This document shows positions 11,709 to 24,700 of a DNA stretch of 64,000 bases, piece by piece; the first letter of the stretch is position 1; each line of letters opens with the position of its first letter. The DNA is taken from NCBI GenBank assembly GCA_001244265.2, contig CDLV01000020.1:248001-312000 (forward strand), read 5' to 3'. The DNA comes from Microbotryum violaceum. Taxonomy: Eukaryota. The notes under the pieces were generated by a model. It was not told where the DNA came from and searched no databases. It was given only the letters and a program-made list of their open reading frames with translations. Both the position numbers and the translations under genes were made by a program.

Positions 11709-13206
11709 CTAAGCATTGCTTTCGAAGGCCCTCTTCACACGTTCTCGCAGCCTCTTGCCCTTCGCGGCATCATCCGGGCGCACAGCCATTTGACCTATGG
11801 GCCCCCGAGCACGTTCTCGAATGAACGCTTCGTCTTCCGGAGTAAGAGGTCGAATAAATAATGGTTCTCCCTGCCGCCCTCCCAGTTCCCATTCGACCAT
11901 CGGCCCGTCCTCGTCTCTCCAGTCAATCAGAAGATTGTGAAGCACCATCAAAGCACCAACATACTTCCACATAGGCGTGTGATAGACACCCGCTAAAAGT
12001 TTGAGCCACCGAAACTTGTTCTTGAGGTCGCCAAACGCCTGCTCGACCACGATTCGCTTCAAGCTGAAGGTTTTGTTGAACGCGATTGCCTTCCGTTGCG
12101 ACAGGGGGCCCATTGCGTTCAGTTCGATCTGATTAAACGACCTGATGAGAAGAGCGGACTGCGGGTAGCCTGCAATGGCCACATACAAAGAACACAGCAC
12201 AGCTTGTTCAGTTCATCGCCCCGTCGGTGCGGTCGCCCCACAAAGCAGTATGTACCTTTATCGCCGAGTATGAATGTATCGTCAGGGAAATAGACGTCGC
12301 GCCGACGCCAAATCTGAGACTTTCGAAATATGTCGCTATCGTGTCGAACGCCGGTGAAACCGCCGTCGACTGAAGTGAATCGTTTTTTGTCGTCAACCGT
12401 TGCCTGCATGTTAAGCTGAGATAAGAAAGTTTGCAACGGGAACAGCGATACACATATGGTCGCGGAGAGACGAGTATCGAGCCTCAGATCTTAAATCAAG
12501 GAGATAGGTCGGGGGCGATGTAGTACTAGCAACTTGCGCAATACATTTTTTTACGCCCGTTGAAGTATGACATTCGCTGTCTCGAGGGAGGAGCTGTAGC
12601 CAGTGGAAGAAGAGTCCCATCTATAACCCCTACACAATTGTCCACTTCGAACGCGTCCGCGACGCGAGCCGCTTCCGCGCCCGTCGGCCAACGGATCACT
12701 TGGGGCAACATATGGTAGAGGGCATCGGCAACGCGGTCGACGTAGTGGTAAATCGAGCCCTCGCCTATACCCGTGTTGACCGCGGACTCCAATTTGGTCC
12801 TAGGGTCGCCCATGTACTGCAAAAAAATCGCGACTTGCTCGCGTACAGCCCGTTGCGGTCGACCGGTAGGCTTCCGCACGAACACCTCGTCGGTTGAGAG
12901 CAGTTGCACTAGATAGTCGAAACACTGCATGGACATGCGCATCTTGCTTTCATACCATCGAGTGTTGGGCTGTGAGAGTAGGAAGGCCAAACTATCCTTG
13001 GTTTTGGGGACTTGGTTGTATGGACCGCGCTCGCGCGAGTTGGCCATCAAGATGCCAAGCTCGTCAGCGCGTCGCAGGTACGTGGCCGTTTGTACCAAGA
13101 GAATGATGCGAGGTATGCGTTTCTGGACTTCAAGAACCTCGTACAAGCGTAGACACAGCTCCACGCGGCGCCGGTATGAGTCGGCATCGTCGTGGGCTCG
13201 TTCCAT
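11709..13206 (-). CDS. PIF/Harbinger (HARBI1-like, DDE_Tnp_4) transposase, 3 exons, ~429 aa, apparently intact
   Basis: RMSMQCFDYLV, IGEGSI, IRWP, CVGVIDGT, RKKMYC|LNMQATVD, GVRHDSDIF, ILGDKG|YP, FNKTFSLKRIVVEQAFGDLKNKFRWL, LHN; introns 12537-12416 (GC-AG) and 12255-12170 (GT-AG). Confidence 0.93.
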
Positions 13207-13723
13207 CAAACGAGTCGACCGGCGGGGTGTTGCTCGTTGCGTCGCGTCAGGCTTGAGAAGAGTTGAGAATCGCTGCTCAACGCGACGTGTGGAGCGGAGT
13301 CGGGACGCGACGTTTCATTTAGCGAGGTGGGAGGGCACGTGACTTTCAAAAATAAAAAAATAAAAAGTGGACGGGATCCTACAAAAAAGTCCCAAGTTCG
13401 TGACTTTTTTGTGGACGCTTTAGAAACGAGAATTTTTGAAAAAGTGCGTCGATCTTCCTCGATCGCGATCGAGCCTAGCCCAAATAGGAAGGCGCGCATG
13501 CGCGCCACCCGAGGGGGGCGGCCCACCCGTGGCGAGACCGAGCGCGACGGACTGCGACGGCGGGAGGCGAAGCGGCCTGCATCTCTCCCTTTGACCAGTC
13601 ACTGCATCATCAACATCGTCTTGCTCACGCGACTCTGACCCCGTGTCGTCACGTCTGGTCCCGGATAAAACGTCACTCCACATTCCCTCCACATTCCCCC
13701 ATTCATTAGCTGTGAGTGACAGA

Positions 13724-14962
13724 CGCGTTAATATGACGGCGTCGGGCGTCTTCTCCTCCTTCCCGCGATCGGGCGCCAGCTTAATGAGGCTACCCGAGTT
13801 GCCGCATCCGACCAGACGTTGATCACCAGTCTACACCCGGGTGCATCAATGATCGGGAGACAGTGGTTAGTCATACTCGTGCGGTCGAAGCCTAGCGATA
13901 GCACGGGGCACTCACCACATCTTTGATCGCGTTGGCGATCTCTCTCATCGCAGCCTCCGTCCCCAGTTGCTTCGTCGGTTCCAGTACCTTGGCCTCGTAC
14001 TTCGAAGGCGTGGCAAGGAAGTACTTGTCCATCGCCTTCGAGAGTCGAGGTTTGCCCATGTGGGCAAAGAGTTGTTGCTCCCTCGCTCCCGCCGTGGCCG
14101 ACATCGACACAACGGAACTCGACTTCATCGGACTCGAGTGTGGTAAAGCATCGACGAGGCCCGACATGCCTGATATCGCCCTGGTCGAGTCTTGTCGTGG
14201 TTGATTGGCTTGCGCGTCGGCGTCACCGGGGTGCGAGCCGACGAGCTGGGCGTGAGGGTCGGCAGCGATTGGGTGGTGAAAGGCAGTCCTAGGGTGGCGG
14301 CTTGGGCGGGGGGCGCGAGCAGACGTGCCAACCGAGGTGTCACCCTAGCAAGCCCTAGCACTGCCCTCCACCACCCAATCGTTGCCGACCCACACGCCCA
14401 GCTCGTCGGCTCGCACCCCGGTGACGCCGACGCGCAAGCCAATCAACCACGACAAGACTCGACCAGGGCGATATCAGGCATGTCGGGCCTCGTCGATGCT
14501 TTACCACGCTCGAGCCCGATGAAGTCGAGTCCTGTAGTGTCAATGACGGCCACGGCGGCAGAGAGAGAGCAACAGCTCTTCGCCCACATGGGCAAACCTC
14601 GACTCTCGAAGGCGATGGACAAGTACTTTCTTGCCACGCCTTCGAAGTACGAAGCCAAGATTTCCAAGCCACCAAGAAACTGGAGACAGGGGGTGCGATG
14701 AAAAAGATCATGGCTGAGGCGATTAGGGATGTGGTGAGTGCCTCGGTGCTCTCGCTTGGCTTCGACCGCACGAGTATGACTGACCACTGTCTCCCGATCA
14801 TGAATGCACCCGGCTGTAGACTGGCGATCGACATCTGTTCGGATGCAACAACTCGGGTAGCTACATCAAGCTCCGATCGCGAGAAGAAGGAGAAGACCCC
14901 CGACGCCGTTCTTCTTACGCATTCGGCGGTGACCGCTGCCCCCGATCTTCCCTCGGTTTGTG
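13724..14962. repeat. ~1.2-kb inverted duplication of the FunK1 N-terminal region (two truncated kinase fragments, diverging from the centre)
   Basis: Left arm ~13724-14295 (-) and right arm ~14352-14925 (+) are reverse complements; both encode HMGKPRLSKAMDKYFLATPSKYEAK and keep the intron homologous to 6937-7022. Confidence 0.93.
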
Positions 14963-16051
14963 TTGGGGCTAGCTCAAAGTATCTTAGTCGAGTAACCAAC
15001 CGATAGTTCCTGGACTATAATGTATACACTACAACGAGCAGTCTGTTAATTTCGCGACTTGAGGGATCGGGAAGCGACCACAATTGAGAAAGACGAAATT
15101 GTGCTAAAAACGCTGCCTTTGATGCGCCGTAGTTTCCTTATATGCAACCCTCCAAACTTGAATTTTCTGACAGAGTATGTGAAGCCCTTTCCGTGGAGGA
15201 CAGCTTTCTCGGGCTTAGACTTAGTACGGCAATTAGTTGCCTCGATCGCAGAATTCTTCAAGCGCGGGTCGAGACTTTTCACCCCAGAGCTTGACATCCT
15301 GACACAAATAATTGTGTGCATACCTGCGTGACGCCTTCGGGGTGGCTGCAACTGTATGCGCATGGCGCTCCGCCTCGTCGCCGGTGATCCTCTCATTCTC
15401 GCCTGATATTCGTCGAGAACCCCTGTCTGAACTCGCTTGCTGGCCCACCTCGGAGCGTCGATCCCGCGCTGCAAAGGCATTTCTTCACCTTCGGGCTCCG
15501 GATCAAAGAATCTCGGGGGTAACTCTTGCATGTCAAATTGCTCGAACACTTCATGGGGTTAAACCCTGTATGCCAAGCTACATCCTTTGCTCTGCACCCG
15601 CTCGTGGGTGCGATTCTGCAGGGTGCATCCCGATTCCAATGGAACCGATGGAAGCAATACGTCTTAGACACTAGGCAGACGCGAGGCTGTGTCTTTAAGC
15701 GTGAGAGATGTAGACACCTGGCAATTCAAGCTCACTCCGAGCACGACCACCGAAAAACTTGTTCGCTACACGCAAAATTCATTGCCATTGCGGGGTTATG
15801 CTCCGGGACCCAGCACGCCGACTGCACGATCACGTCAGCAACAGGCTTCGACTCAGCCGCGGGTCGGCGAGGGTGTGGCAGGGTGTGGCGGGAGGTGGCG
15901 GGAGGTGGCGGGGGTCACTCGACGCAGACGGCTCGGTCATACACATGTTCACGCGCTTCTGCTTTCTACGGTCAGTCCCGTCATCGAGCATCGAACTTTG
16001 GCTCCGTGGAGGACCCCAAAGTAGCAAGAAGCATTGAGTGTAGGTGTGACT

Positions 16052-18458
16052 ATGGCCCACCACACGGTCACGGCGGCCGATCTGGACCTGCTGCAGCTCT
16101 TGACCTCGCCGCAAGGGCTTCCGACCGGCAACTCATTCGTCCACCAAGGCGCGCTCCAGAACGCGAACCCGTCCTCCCACTCGACCACGACGACCACGGC
16201 GCGAGATGTCTCTCCAGCGTGTGCGACTACAGGATGTTCGCAACACGAGTCGATGGGGAATCCGTCTTCGCAGACGATGTTGGCCAAGACTCGGTCACGG
16301 CAAAAGGATCGGAGGCCACCCGTCGATCCGCTCTTGGTCGCGGCCGCTGCGGCTGCTGGACCAGAGTAAGCGCTGCAGTGACAACTTCAGCAACTTCATT
16401 CATTTCTTAACAAGCCGACTCTGATCTCTCACCGACAGTGTAACTCGCAACCACTACCTGCACGAGTTCTTTCCCCATACGCTTGCCTACGCCTCGTGCG
16501 ATGACGAGCGTATCGGGTTTGAAGCCACCAACGCCCCCGCCCGACCTCGCATGGAATCACAACAGGCCCCGAGGAGGATACGCCTGGCGCTGGAATTGGC
16601 TGCGAGGACACAGGCGATGGAGGAGGAACGCGCCAAGGCCGAACAGGCGGCCCAAGCGACCGCGGCTTCGGCGGCGGCCGGAGCGAGCTCGACCACCCAG
16701 TCCAAGAAGGCGCAACAACACCGAGCAGAAGCGTTGCCTTTGGGGGCCAAGTCGAGAAGATTAAGCATGTCCGATCCCGAGACGATTAAATTGTTGAGGC
16801 ATCCGCCACCACCGTTCAAGAGTGAAGTAGCTCTCGGCTCGACCTCATTGCCCTCGACCTCGTCTTCGATCGTCGTCGAGGCCCCGTCCGCCTCGACAGC
16901 CTCTCCCGTGCTCCCACCGATCCAAGTACGGTGCGAGGTCCGAACCCGAATCCCGACACCGCACGGCCACATCTTCCTCCACCTCTATACCAACAACCAT
17001 GATTCGAAGGAACACCTTGCGTTTGTCGCCGACCAAGCCCAAATGGATGCCCTCCACCCCGAGACGGATCTCGGACCCCCTCAAACCCCCTTCATCCGAA
17101 GCACTTCGTTGGATCAGGAATGGAGGAAAGGAGAGACGGAGATAGAGAGGATCGTGAGAGGCGCTTACATGGGTCGTCTGTCGCCGACTTCGATCAATCC
17201 GTCGACGCCTCGAGCGGTCTCCCCCACCTTTGAATTCATCGATTCGCCATCGTCGAAGGAGTCCGAACACGAGGCGCAGCATCATCGTTATCAACACCAC
17301 CACTCTGTAAATCTTCAGAATCACCACCATCAGCATCATTCGATGGGCGATGTCGACCCGCCATTGGTGCGCATTCATTCCGAGTGCTTCACGGGGGAGA
17401 CGATCGGCTCGCAACGCTGCGACTGCGGCGAACAACTCGACGAGGCGTTCCGGCTCATCACCCTGGCCCAACGGGGCGTGATCGTCTACCTGCGTCAAGA
17501 AGGACGAGGAATTGGCCTGCTGGAGAAGATGCGCGCGTACAATTTGCAGGATCTCGGGCACGACACCGTGGCGGCGAATTTGATGCTGGGTCATGGCGCC
17601 GATCAGAGGGTGTACGATATCGCGAGCGCGATCTTGAGGGATCTGCAGGTCGGGAGGGTCAAGTTGATGACCAATAATCCGGACAAGATCCAGCAGATTG
17701 AGAAAGAAGGGGTCAAGGTCGTCGAAAGGGTCGCTATGGTCCCGAGGAGTTGGATCCCGACCAAGAGGACGACGAGGAAATATCACAGAAAGGGGACCAA
17801 GGGCGGCGCGGGGCATCGGTCCCACGGTGGTATCATGAGTGGCTCAGCGCTTTTGCAGTTGGCGACGGAGAACATGTACGACGCGGCATCGGTGGTGCAG
17901 TCGCACACTACGACGGCAAACGTGTCTGAGGACGAAGGCCACGACTCGGACGATCGAGATCACAGCGACGACGACGATGACGAAGACAACGAAGACTATG
18001 AGGACCACTCGTCGGACGACTCGAGCGCTTCGCACAACCTTCGTCGAGCCGGTGTGGGCATGATTGGTGCTTCAGTCACTCGGTCCGCCGAGCTGGACAA
18101 ATACCTCAAGACCAAGATAGAGCGGATGGGCCACATGCTCGATCTGCCCGGCGCGGCGGCGAATGGATCGGTAACTCACTCAAGATCCGAGTCGCCGTTG
18201 ACGACGAATCACGTTGCTCCCCATCATCGTCCTGGCCTGCATTCAAGAAAGTCGAGCGGGACGCGCAGTCGAACGACGACGGCCGAGGGCGGCAAGCTGG
18301 CCCACGGCGAGAACCACCCGTTAGCGAGTTCAGTCGTCAGTCTCGACGGGTTCTCGCCTATAGCCGGTGGGAGGACGGAGGGTTCGGGGGCAGGTCGGGA
18401 AGGAGAGGACGAAGATAAGGATGCTGTTCTTCTTATTGATAAAAATGGTGGTCATTAG
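16052..18458 (+). CDS. RIB1: GTP cyclohydrolase II (riboflavin biosynthesis), 2 exons
   Basis: [87 protein letters not shown]; exon 1 16052-16365, intron 16366-16438. Confidence 0.96.
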
Positions 18459-18703
18459 TCGGTGAAATCAAACCTCGACCCAAACCCTTGTTGCCCTGGG
18501 AGTCCTTGAAGACTGATCGGGCTGAATTCGCCGACGCCCATGAGCACGTGACCTTTGCGCGACCGGAGCAAACCGCGCGCCCGATCGCAGAGGGACGTCT
18601 TCTGCTCCGTGCTCCGTGCTCATCATCTCTTGCCTCCCGCTTGAAACTTCCACCCACCGGACCGATCACATCACGCGGGCTCGAGCCTGCTCTGACTCTC
18701 ACC

Positions 18704-21584
18704 ATGCTGAGCCTCTCTATGCGAAGGGCGACACCCCGGATCCGATGTGCACAAGTCGCATGGCGCTCGCATGCCAGAACCGTAGCTCCATACTCGTCCT
18801 CGCCGTCGATGCCCAGATCAACGTCATCGTCGTCGTCGTCGCGGTTCTCATCGAGCGCTGCCGCTGCCGCAACGGAAACATCGATTCAAGTGACGGATCC
18901 TCTGCTGTTGTATCACGGGATGGTTGCGAATGGGAACGTCAAGTCGGATTCTGAACAGATCAGAGCGCTGGTGCAGGTGCGTACACGAACTGGGAGTGTC
19001 TGTCTTGGCGCGATGATCGCCTCTTATGTGGTGCTCAGAATCCCGGGGCGCTGATATGGCTCGTTTGCGCCTCACACAAAACCTTGACTCCACACTGACA
19101 CCCTCAGCGAACTTTTACAGATGCGCAAATTGACTGAAGAACTACTGGACTACTCGCCTCCCGTACGGTTGTTGACCTTGCTCGAGTCGTTACGTCCGAC
19201 GAACGACCCGCTGGCCTCCCAAATCCCCGAGTGGCCCTTCCGTCGCTCGCCGCTCTCGTCCCGAGGGATCGAGCTCTCAGAGGACGAAGAAGCCGAACGA
19301 TCGTCTCTCCTCTCCATGTCGGAGAAACAAAAGTCGACCGCGCTCGTCAAGGTCCTCAAGGATGACCAGGGGCTCGAAGGCCTCGACACCCCGAAAGGTT
19401 TTCTCCTCACCGGTCCACCGGGGACGGGCAAATCTTTCCTGATGGACCTCTTTTTCGCTTCGCTTCCTGTTCCTCACAAGGTTCGCTTTCATTACCACTC
19501 GTTCCTTCTGTTCATCTACTCGGCCGTGCACCAGGCGTTGGAGAAACAGAGGATCGAGTTCGAACTCGAGGAGAGAAGGATGAATGAGCTCGCCGATCAA
19601 GGCGACGGCACGTCGGGCTACCCTTGGTCCAGGAGGGAAGAGATGAAGGCCTTAGCACTTTCGAAAGGCTGGAGGGCCGTGTTTGCCGGGGGGAGGAGTC
19701 CCAAAGACCACGATCTCAACACGAGGGAATTCGTCCTCGCAGGTGTCGCGAGGGATCTCATCAAGACCTATGGGTGGCTGCTCGCCTTTGACGAGGTGCA
19801 ACTAGTCGATATCGCGGGTGCGGGCTTACTCAACAGAGTCATCAGTTGGTACTGGAGACTGGGTGGGGTGGTCGTGGGGACATCGAATCGATTACCGCAG
19901 GGTGAGAATAGTGTTCTACCGGGGTCGTAGCCACAACGACACACTGATTCGTCGGCTGACCCGCGCGTGGTCACCCACGAGATTAGATCTCTACAACTCG
20001 GGCGTACAAAAGGAATCGCTCAGTCCGTTCCTCCTCGCTCTCGCCGCACGGTCACCTGTCCTCGAGCTCCGATCCGCGACGGACTATCGCCGTGAGCAGC
20101 ATGGCAAGGATGCGTTGGATGAAACGAACGATCGCGAACCAGGAGACTTTGGACAAGTCGAAGCATGGCAACGATGGGGTAGCGCCGCTAAGGGGTGGTT
20201 CGTCAAGGGCCAAGAGGCCGAATTCCAAGCTGCGGTCAAGCGAATCGTCGGTACTCACGAGGGGAAACCCACGAGCATGAAGGTATATGGCCGCAACGTC
20301 GTCATTCCCTGGGCCGTCGGTGGCGTCGCTAGGTTCTCCTTTTCGGAACTGTGCGAGAAGGCGCTTGGACCGGCGGACTTTATCTCGCTCGGAAGTCAAT
20401 TCCATTCCCTCATCCTGACCGACGTTCCGGTGCTCTTATTGAGTCAGAAGAACGAAGCGAGAAGATTGATCACCTTATTGGATGCGCTCTACGAAAGCAA
20501 GACGCGCCTACTGGCTTTTGCCTCCGCCCAGGTCGACGACCTTTTTTTCCCCGATGCTCTACGCGCCATCGCCAACGATGATGAATTGGCGTCTGCGCCG
20601 CAGAGCGAGTACACACAACCTTCCCCCGACGACATCACGACCTCTAGCGGCTCAAACCATCCCTTCTCCTCAGACCGCATCTACGAGGCCGACGGGACGA
20701 TCTCGGAGCCTTCATCGTCCCGGGGGATGGACGCCGCGGCCGAGATTGGCGATTCTTTGACGCAAGAGATGATCGGGGATGTCATTCAGGACCTCGAAGC
20801 GCCTTACCGACCCAACGTTTCGTCTTACGACGAGTCCAAGGGCCAGACCATGTACGAACAGGACGAGGCCCGGATCGAACACCAGCGGGATGCCGCTGCC
20901 GAGGCGAAGCAACGTCGGCAACAGTCTTCGGGGACGAAAGAGGAACCGCATGCTACCGCTTCGCCGCCCTCGTTCCGCAATTTGGCTATCTTTACGGGTG
21001 AGGAAGAGAGGTTCGCCTTCAAGCGGGCCGTGTCGCGCGTCCATGAGATGTCGTCGACCGAATACCTCGTCACGGCTCAGCATGCGCCTCTGGATCCAAG
21101 GTTTCGGACATGGGAAAGGCCCGGTCAGATCGAGAGTTCCGTCGAGGGAGTCCGGAGAATGGGAGGAGAAGTGAGACATGCGCTTGGAGCCAAGGAAGAG
21201 ATCGAGGCTGATCACTCGACGTTGAGTGGGGCCATTTCGCCGAATCAATTAAAGGTAAGACACCCCGAGGGTTTGCCGAAACATCCGACTGTCGAGGTCG
21301 AGCGCACCAGGGCCAAGGGGACAAAGTACGACATCCTTAACATCGAAGATACGAGGCGGGAGGTGCCGCCTCCGGTTCTCAAGGATGTGCACGTGTGGGG
21401 GGTCCGAGAGGTACGTCATGATCATTACCAGATAGGTCATCTGGCAGTTGGTCTATATGAGCGGCAGCCTGAAACTTACGCACACCGCACTTGCTTGTCC
21501 CCATAGGACTGGGGCAAAGCAGCAGGGAGATGGGGCCAAGGAGCGAGTGCACACGCAAAAAAGGAGGGAGAGGACAAGAAGTGA
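18704..21584 (+). CDS. AFG1: AFG1/ZapE-like mitochondrial ATPase, 4 exons
   Basis: PKGFLLTGPPGTGKSFLMDLF, RFHYH, LLAFDEVQLVD, TSNRLP, FSELCEKALGPADF, NEARRLITLLDALYE, TGEEERFAFKRAVSR; R/S-rich presequence-like N-terminus. Confidence 0.92.
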
Positions 21585-21785
21585 AATGTGTACCTACTTA
21601 GGAAGATGTGTATATCCCAGTTGCGCCGCGGCGTCAGTACCCTCCTTCCTCCCAGAATAGTCAAAATTTGTACGTTTGGTCCACAGCCTCTTCGGAAGAC
21701 ATCACTTTTTGCAAAACTACAACACAGGTACACATTTTTCCCCAAATGATCGGGATCCTCAAACTTGTGGGTGCCAAGGTTCACA

Positions 21786-24700
21786 TCACAGATACTGCAA
21801 TAGGGAGTGCGCCCGTTAGACTTTGGGAAGCACACAGGAAAAAGCTGAAAGCACGGGCACTCACTGGTACGCTCGAAAAGTCCAACTGATCGTCAAAGTC
21901 ACCCTGCTCGCCCTCATCATCGTCGTCTTCCTCCGACTCCTCTTCTTCTTCTTCCTCTTCTTCATCGCCGTCGACCCGTTCTGCTCCTCGCGATGACCCC
22001 TTCACCTTTTCCTTGTAAGCTTCGGCCGGTGTCCTTGTTCCGTTCTTCTGCTCGGCCAAGCGCAAAGCTTCCCTACGTAACCTCTCAAAGTCACCATCGT
22101 TCGGCAACGAACCGGGCATCGACTCGGATTCGCTCCTCTGTCCATCGTCTTCGTCACCGTCGTATTCTCCATTGAGGTTGAACGGTTCCTCGATCAAGGT
22201 CGCTGGCAAGAGTGGCGAGCTCGGCGTTACTGAACGAACGGATCGGTTCGTTCCGTCAGGGGTCGTCGCACCGTCCGTTGTCAAGGTCGGTCGGGGCGAC
22301 CTCCGGGACAGCGAAGAGGCGATCGATCCCAACCTCGGGAAGGCGAGTCGACTCGAATCACCCGAACGCGCTGAGAGGGCAGGAGAAGGTGGCGATAGGT
22401 CTGGCAAGTCGATCGTCGCCATCGGCGCTCGCCAGTAGTTGAAATCGGTGAAGTCGGGTTGGGTCTTGCGATTGATCGGAGGGAACATTTGGTCGACCAG
22501 ATCGGTCATGTGAATGTAGCTTTGGATGTGAGGCTCGGTCCGACATCAGGCTTTGTTTTTGCAGTCTCCCTCTCAGGAACGAGTCACACTCACGAAGATT
22601 TGTAACCTGCAAGCTCGAGCAGCTCCATCTTGACCTCGCCGTTCGAATCGATCGTAAAGATACGCGACGATGGTACATCAACGGATCGATACGACAGCGC
22701 GTCCGTGATGCGATTCCCGAACCCGGCGTAAAATGGTGATCGCTCGTGAAACAACCGCTGAATGTCCCTCAGGCACGCCATCTTGAACACCTCGGGCTTG
22801 CGTAAGACGACCTCTCGGTGCAGCGACGTCATGAGGCGATCGGGGGACATGATCACGGGGCCGTCGGGGAGCTTGAAGTTGTTTTGCGCGATCCCCTTGA
22901 GGTACTCGCGCGTCGTATCGGCCTGACCGATCGCTCGTGATGTCAGGTACATCATCTTGTACCCGTTGCGTGCGATATCGGTGTACAGCTTCGCAACACC
23001 CAAATGCGTCCAGTCGCGGCCAATCATGGTGAACACGTGTCCCAACGCATCGGATCTGTCAATGGCAGCTGTCAATACCGCATCTCAATACGACGACAAT
23101 GACAATGGTGTCAAACTCACTTTGTGATCGTGCCATCAATATCGGAAATGACGACCGAATGATCCGAGTCCCACAAGAAAATCCTCGAGCTGCACGTCGC
23201 GTAGCCCGAATAACTCGAGCGCACCGAGAACGAAATCTCGTTCATCCCCTTCTTCAAGCCCAATTCTTTGAGCTGCTCGGACGTGAGTCGCAGCGTCTTG
23301 GCGTAGTGTTTGCCGCCATTGTTGCCGCCCTCTGGACCAGTGACTGGGCCCGGAGCGGACGTGGCATCATCGCCACTGGCAGAGAGAGCCGGGCTCGAGG
23401 GTGTAGACGAGTCGAGACGAGCGGGAAGCGATCTGGGAGAATCGGGCGGGCTGATGGGAGGACTCGTCGGCGCTCCATCTAGGGGTTCCTTGACCGGTAA
23501 TGACGTCGTCGACCGATCCCGCGATCCCCGCCACCAAGAACTCCAACCTCGACGACCCGACTTGGCGCCCGACTCGAGATTCGGGTGGTGCTCGGGATGG
23601 TCGACGAGAGACTTGCGGTACACGGCGAGTGAGGCCAGGACCGGACTCGCGTTGCTCCAGGTCAGATAGCGACCACCGTACTTGACTACGAGGTCTGAAT
23701 GGTCCGCGACCGAGTCATGTTCCATGAACTGCGTGAAAGTCACTTGATGTTCGGCAAAGCCGCGCTCGTCGGAGGCACGATCCTGCCCAAACGCTTCGGT
23801 CCCGCACAAAGACAGCTCAAAGACGTGGACCTTGGACCCAACCTTGAGCGTGAACTGGCGCGGGCTCGCCTGCGTAAGCGATGCGGCGTCGCTGTCGGCC
23901 GACTCGGCGGCGAGGGTCTGCAACGACGAAATTGACATGGACGAGCTCGGTACCGGCGAACTGGCTCGAGAATAGGTTCGGATATGGCGTGCCTTGAAAT
24001 CGGGCGACGAAGGCGCAATCGTCTCGTTATCGTCGAACGGCTCGGGAGAAGCGGCGCGGGAGGATTGGTCGTCCGAGGGGTCAAAGAAGTTGCGCAAGGT
24101 CTTTGGGTCCGTCGACTGCAGCAGCGACTGCGTGAAGGCGACCATCTCTTCTTGTGCCTTCTCATCGAGAGCGTTGATATCATCTTCCCTCGGTTCGCCG
24201 TCGCTTGTCTCACCTTCGGCGACGGAGTCACTCGCATTGATGGTCGAAGCATCATCAAGTTTGTATCCGGACATGTCGAGCATGAGGTCTGCGGAAGAAC
24301 GGAGGGGCGCGCACGAGGCGTTAAGTAACAAGTTATCGGGAGTCGGTCAGTCCACCCATCGGTGTCAAAGAACGTACCGCCCGCCCGCTCAGGGTGCGGC
24401 CTCGTGCCAGAGTGGTCCTTGAGACCATCGACGTCGACTTCAACCTCGCCCGTCTCGCTCTTCTTCAACGAGTACTCTTGCGTCGTCTTACCGAGCACCG
24501 ACCTCGCGCGCCCGGTCCCTGACCGCCCTCCCAGCAACTCCCTGACGTCGCGATCGTGTCTTCGCGCCGCATCGACGACGTCGTCCCCTGGCTCGGACTC
24601 GGCGATCACGTTTGCCCCTTCAAGATTGTGCTTCATTTCTTTTTCTAGCGCCGTCGATTGGCCCAACTCGTTCTCGCCTCGCAGCCCGCCTTCGAGATCT

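Larger units (their letters stand above)
10225..13481. mobile_element. PIF/Harbinger DNA transposon (boundaries tentative)
   Basis: HARBI1-like transposase plus convergent second ORF; candidate ends TTA|GGGCTCGAGGCTC and GAGCCTAGCCC|AAA form only an imperfect TIR and TSD. Confidence 0.6.
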
